From positions 1-36,575 of the forward strand of contig CAZZBQ010000005.1 in NCBI GenBank assembly GCA_964652745.1: a DNA stretch of 36,575 nt, written 5' to 3'. Shown piece by piece: positions 33,654 through 36,575 of the stretch. The stretch comes from an uncultured Gammaproteobacteria bacterium. Lineage in GTDB: Bacteria; Patescibacteriota; Patescibacteriia; Patescibacteriales; UBA12465. The position numbers and the translations under genes were made by a program. Under the pieces are notes generated by a model that saw nothing but the letters and a program-made list of their open reading frames with translations, made no database searches and was not told where the DNA came from. Every line of letters starts with the position of its first letter. The first letter of the stretch is position 1.

Positions 33654-34628
33654 TTATTTAGATTTTAATTTCTGCCACCAAGCGACATTCTCTCGATACC
33701 AAGCAATAGTAGTTTCTAAACCGCTCTCAAAAGAATGTTGCGGTTTAAATCCGAGCTCTGTTTCTGCCTTTGAATAATCAATCGCATACCGCAAATCATG
33801 ACCTAAACGGTCATCAACATATTCTACCATACTATCATTCGCTTTCATCCCTTCTAAAATAGCACGGGTAATTTCTAGATTACTTTTTTCGTTACCGCCA
33901 CCAAGACAATATGTTTCACCAATTTTACCCTGTTTAATTATCAATTCTACGCCACGATTATGATCATCAACATGAATCCAATCACGAACATTCTGACCAG
34001 TGCCATAAAGCGGAACTTTTTTTCCCTCTAGTAAATTAGTAATAAATAAAGGAATAAGTTTTTCTGGATGCTGATATGGTCCATAATTATTAGAACAATT
34101 AGAAATAGTGACCGGAAGACCGTAAGTATGGAAATAAGCGCGTGCTAAATGATCGCTTCCTGCTTTTGAGGCACTGTAAGGAGAACGTGGATCATAAGGC
34201 GTGTTTTCATTAAAACGCGGACTATTAAAATCAAGCGCGCCAAACACTTCATCGGTAGAAATATGGTGAAAACGCAGACCTCCTGGTTTTGCAAGGCGCG
34301 CCGCCTCTAATAGAGTTCTAGTGCCTTCGACATTAGTTCTCACAAAAGCCCCGCTATCTTTAATAGAGCGGTCAACATGGCTTTCGGCGGCAAAATGAAC
34401 AATAATATCAACGCCCTTTACAGCTTCGGTAACTAACTGCGCATTACAAATATCTCCTTGAATAAATTCATAATTAGGTTCGCCTACTAGATCGCGCAGA
34501 TTGTCCTGATTGCCGGCATAAGTTAAAAGATCAAGATTGCGAATGCTATCTTGAGGATACTTAGCCAACCAATAACGAATAAAGTTTGAGCCGATAAAAC
34601 CAGCTCCGCCAGTTACTAATAATTTCAT
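33654..34628 (-). CDS. rfbB: dTDP-glucose 4,6-dehydratase
   Basis: 324 aa. KLLVTGGAGFIGSNFIRY, HISTDEVFG, YSASKAGSDHLARAYFHTYGLP, NCSNNYGPYQHPEKLIP. Confidence 0.9.
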   Translation of the reverse strand: MKLLVTGGAGFIGSNFIRYWLAKYPQDSIRNLDLLTYAGNQDNLRDLVGEPNYEFIQGDICNAQLVTEAVKGVDIIVHFAAESHVDRSIKDSGAFVRTNVEGTRTLLEAARLAKPGGLRFHHISTDEVFGALDFNSPRFNENTPYDPRSPYSASKAGSDHLARAYFHTYGLPVTISNCSNNYGPYQHPEKLIPLFITNLLEGKKVPLYGTGQNVRDWIHVDDHNRGVELIIKQGKIGETYCLGGGNEKSNLEITRAILEGMKANDSMVEYVDDRLGHDLRYAIDYSKAETELGFKPQHSFESGLETTIAWYRENVAWWQKLKSK

Positions 34629-34648
34629 GTTTTTTATAATAGCAGAAA

Positions 34649-35101
34649 CTAAACTATTTTATAAGGGCTTGCCTCATCTTTTTCCCACCTGATTTCATCA
34701 ACTTCTTCCGACTTCCCTTCGCCCCGATAAAGCTTATCGGGAAAATTAAGACTTAGCGCTGAAACTCCGGAGACACATTTATAACCATGAACAACGCCTG
34801 GAGGCACAACCACTAAACAAGGATTGTCCTCACCTACATTAATCTGTAAAAATTCACCTTTGGTTAAAGAGTCCTCCCGTCTATCCCAAAGATGCAAACT
34901 AAAACTACCTGGACCAAAAAATACAAAACAATCACTCTGATAAACATGTTCATGAGGACCGCGAATCACCCCAGGATTAGTAAAGCTGGCATAAGCCATG
35001 GCCGGATTAAAATTTAATTCGTCCTTACGAAATAACTCAGCTAAATACCCGCGCTCATCATGGTTCTTTTGTAGCTCTTTAATAATTACTCCTTCTATCA
35101 T
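34649..35101 (-). CDS. RmlC-like cupin (dTDP-4-dehydrorhamnose 3,5-epimerase family, short form)
   Basis: 150 aa. DERGYLAELFR, IRGPHEH, PPGVVHGYK. Lies directly upstream of rfbB on the same strand. Confidence 0.65.
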   Translation of the reverse strand: MIEGVIIKELQKNHDERGYLAELFRKDELNFNPAMAYASFTNPGVIRGPHEHVYQSDCFVFFGPGSFSLHLWDRREDSLTKGEFLQINVGEDNPCLVVVPPGVVHGYKCVSGVSALSLNFPDKLYRGEGKSEEVDEIRWEKDEASPYKIV

Positions 35102-35110
35102 ATTTTTAAA

Positions 35111-36088
35111 TTAAATCTTAATTAAACCGTTTTGCGCACCTAGGTGTGCAATTTTTGAAGCAGTGTTTTTTGCTCCCAGCAGCAAAGCCTTCTTGATATC
35201 ACCTTGATATATTTCCAAGCCGGCCGCCAGTGTTGAATTAAAGACGTCGCCAACGCCAGTTGTATCAACCCTCTTCTTTTCTTTTAAAATAGGCTGGTAA
35301 TAAAAATTACGGCCATCATAAGCATGGGCGCCTTTGCCGCCGGAGGTAACAACAGCAATCTTCGGGCCGAAACCTTTGATAATTTTTAAGAGGTTGCGTT
35401 CGTCATTTAAAAAGCGGTGATTTAATTTTTTATCACCTAGTGAAGTTAACGCCAATTCAATCGCTTCGTCCTTGTTTACCGAAAACATATAAGTATCTTC
35501 TAAAAATGGCGCTAGTTTGTCTAAACCCGCTGAATACTGCGCCTCGCTCGGATTCCAACTAACTTTTATATCATGGCGGCGAACAAGTGAGAAAACTTTC
35601 TTTAAAATAGGCAGCCAATTTCCTGATAAAGAAGAAATGTAAATATTCTTGGAATTTTTTATAGCCGTAAGATCTGTTGAAGAAATATCTAACTTACCAT
35701 TAGCGCCTCTCTCGGTAAAAATAATGCGCTCCCCTTCAGAAATTAAAACAAAAGAAAAACCACTATTTTCTTTATCTAATTTTTTTATCAACCGCTGGCC
35801 TACGCCACGCTCCTTAAGATTATTAATAATCGCCTTGCCATTCTCATCCTTGCCTACCGCTGCTAGACAAGCCGCTTTTAAACCGAAATTGGCAAAATTA
35901 ACTGCCGCATTAGCCGCTCCGCCACCGTAGGTATAATGGAAACTATCAACTCTAATCTTGGCTCCATACTCAAAAGCAAGTAGTTTCTGGCGCAAAATAT
36001 CATTAGGATTATCAATAAGCAGGCCTTGATCAGTAAAAAAGCTGATATCCCTAGTTGCGCCGCCGATGGCAATAAAATCGTAAAGCAT
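35111..36088 (-). CDS. PfkB-family (ribokinase-like) carbohydrate kinase
   Basis: 325 aa. GGAANAAVNFANFGL, C-terminal VDTTGVGDVFNSTLAAGL (PfkB signature 2 context). Confidence 0.8.
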   Translation of the reverse strand: MLYDFIAIGGATRDISFFTDQGLLIDNPNDILRQKLLAFEYGAKIRVDSFHYTYGGGAANAAVNFANFGLKAACLAAVGKDENGKAIINNLKERGVGQRLIKKLDKENSGFSFVLISEGERIIFTERGANGKLDISSTDLTAIKNSKNIYISSLSGNWLPILKKVFSLVRRHDIKVSWNPSEAQYSAGLDKLAPFLEDTYMFSVNKDEAIELALTSLGDKKLNHRFLNDERNLLKIIKGFGPKIAVVTSGGKGAHAYDGRNFYYQPILKEKKRVDTTGVGDVFNSTLAAGLEIYQGDIKKALLLGAKNTASKIAHLGAQNGLIKI

Positions 36089-36130
36089 AAAAATAAAATA
36101 TTTAAAACTGCACCAACAATTAAAATCATA

Positions 36131-36575
36131 TCATATCATCTTCCGATTTTCCAGAAAAAAAGGCTTTAGTTTCTTAAATAAAGCAATTGATAAATAGAAG
36201 AAAACGCTGCCCAACCCTAAGCTCCAGACTGATTGATAAAGCAGATTATGCCAAAAATCTATCCCCAAAACACCGGCCCACCGTGGAAAGCCTAACGCAG
36301 CGTAAGTTAGCAAGGCTAATAAAAAATTATAAACTGCGGTTGCTAATAACGTAGAGGCCCAAAAAGCATACAGGGATTTATTTGTTAACCAATCTTTTAA
36401 AACAAGGTAGGCGGCTAAAATCGATAAAAAAAGAGCAATAGTTTGTAAGCCAAAAAAATAAAATGATAAAGCGTCAAATAAAAAGCCAAAAATTAACACA
36501 AACCGTAAAGATGCCTTAAAGCCAAACAAAAAAAGTGAAAAAATAGCCGCTAGCAAGCCTAAATTTAAATGTCTA
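36131..36575 (-). CDS. Polytopic membrane protein, possibly MreD-like. The reading frame is open to the window end, so the 5' end is probably missing.
   Basis: The frame upstream of the ORF-track TTG (36556) stays open to position 36574. VLIFGFLFDALSFYFFGLQTIALFLSILAAYLV resembles the MreD G-x-x-x-D...G...Y-L core (compare B. subtilis GFIFGFLYDMNYTSLLGVYMFGFAGLCYL, recalled from memory). Confidence 0.4.
   Translation of the reverse strand, partial: RHLNLGLLAAIFSLFLFGFKASLRFVLIFGFLFDALSFYFFGLQTIALFLSILAAYLVLKDWLTNKSLYAFWASTLLATAVYNFLLALLTYAALGFPRWAGVLGIDFWHNLLYQSVWSLGLGSVFFYLSIALFKKLKPFFLENRKMI

Noticed and set aside
1-36575. Alternative genetic code (UGA recoding, as in some candidate phyla)
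   Set aside because: An intact RF2 gene (SPF motif) is present. TGA terminates well-supported genes at sensible lengths (25618-25620, 27778-27780). Conserved proteins translate without in-frame TGA under the standard code.
1-36575. CRISPR arrays, rRNA/tRNA genes, transposases, integrases or prophage genes
   Set aside because: No regularly spaced direct repeats, no rRNA-like or cloverleaf sequences, and no ORF with recombinase or transposase motifs were seen. The only non-protein-coding repeat is the 59-nt pair.

Overview
The window looks like a low-GC, tightly packed bacterial chromosome segment. Weak or absent Shine-Dalgarno sites, ribosomal proteins with charged extensions, domain-trimmed housekeeping genes and a ComEC plus type-IV-pilus-ATPase-like repertoire suggest a Patescibacteria/CPR-type organism; that placement is inference only. 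Most genes are on the minus strand. Standard genetic code: RF2 is present and TGA is used as a stop.

Layout:
(1) str operon, 1-4082: rpsL-rpsG-fusA-[extra 138-aa ORF]-tuf. tuf runs off the window start.
(2) Small, AT-rich accessory island, about 4.1-7.1 kb. It holds an orphan 246-aa protein with two internal repeats that resemble the RNA polymerase alpha C-terminal domain by eye. It also holds a RelE/ParE-Phd/YefM toxin-antitoxin pair with a palindromic operator and a 400-aa polytopic membrane/coiled-coil protein. The TA pair and membrane gene are bracketed by two 59-nt direct repeats that each contain a bidirectional terminator.
(3) M50 protease, rpmB, ComEC.
(4) One long ribosomal block: infA-rpmJ-rpsM-rpsK-rpsD-rpoA-rplQ-rplM-rpsI-prfB. 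RpoA has no recognisable alpha-CTD. S11 and S9 carry charged N-terminal extensions. Terminator-like hairpins sit directly upstream of infA and prfB.
(5) alaS (no C-Ala domain) and a reduced dcw cluster: mraY-ftsW-murG-murC-murB.
(6) Envelope/glycan region: a catalytically degenerate PilB/GspE-like pseudo-ATPase overlapping a GT2 gene, a DUF2304-like protein, three GT4 genes, a UXS-like decarboxylase and a secreted S8 protease with FG-GAP repeats.
(7) mreB, an orphan receiver domain, rfbB, an rfbC-like gene, a PfkB kinase and a 5'-truncated MreD-like membrane protein.

No rRNA, tRNA, CRISPR array, transposase or integrase could be supported. The most interesting hypothesis is that alpha-CTD function has been lost from rpoA and may be supplied by, or related to, the stand-alone tandem alpha-CTD-like protein at 4331-5071. 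All homology statements are by-eye motif recognition and need profile or structure searches.
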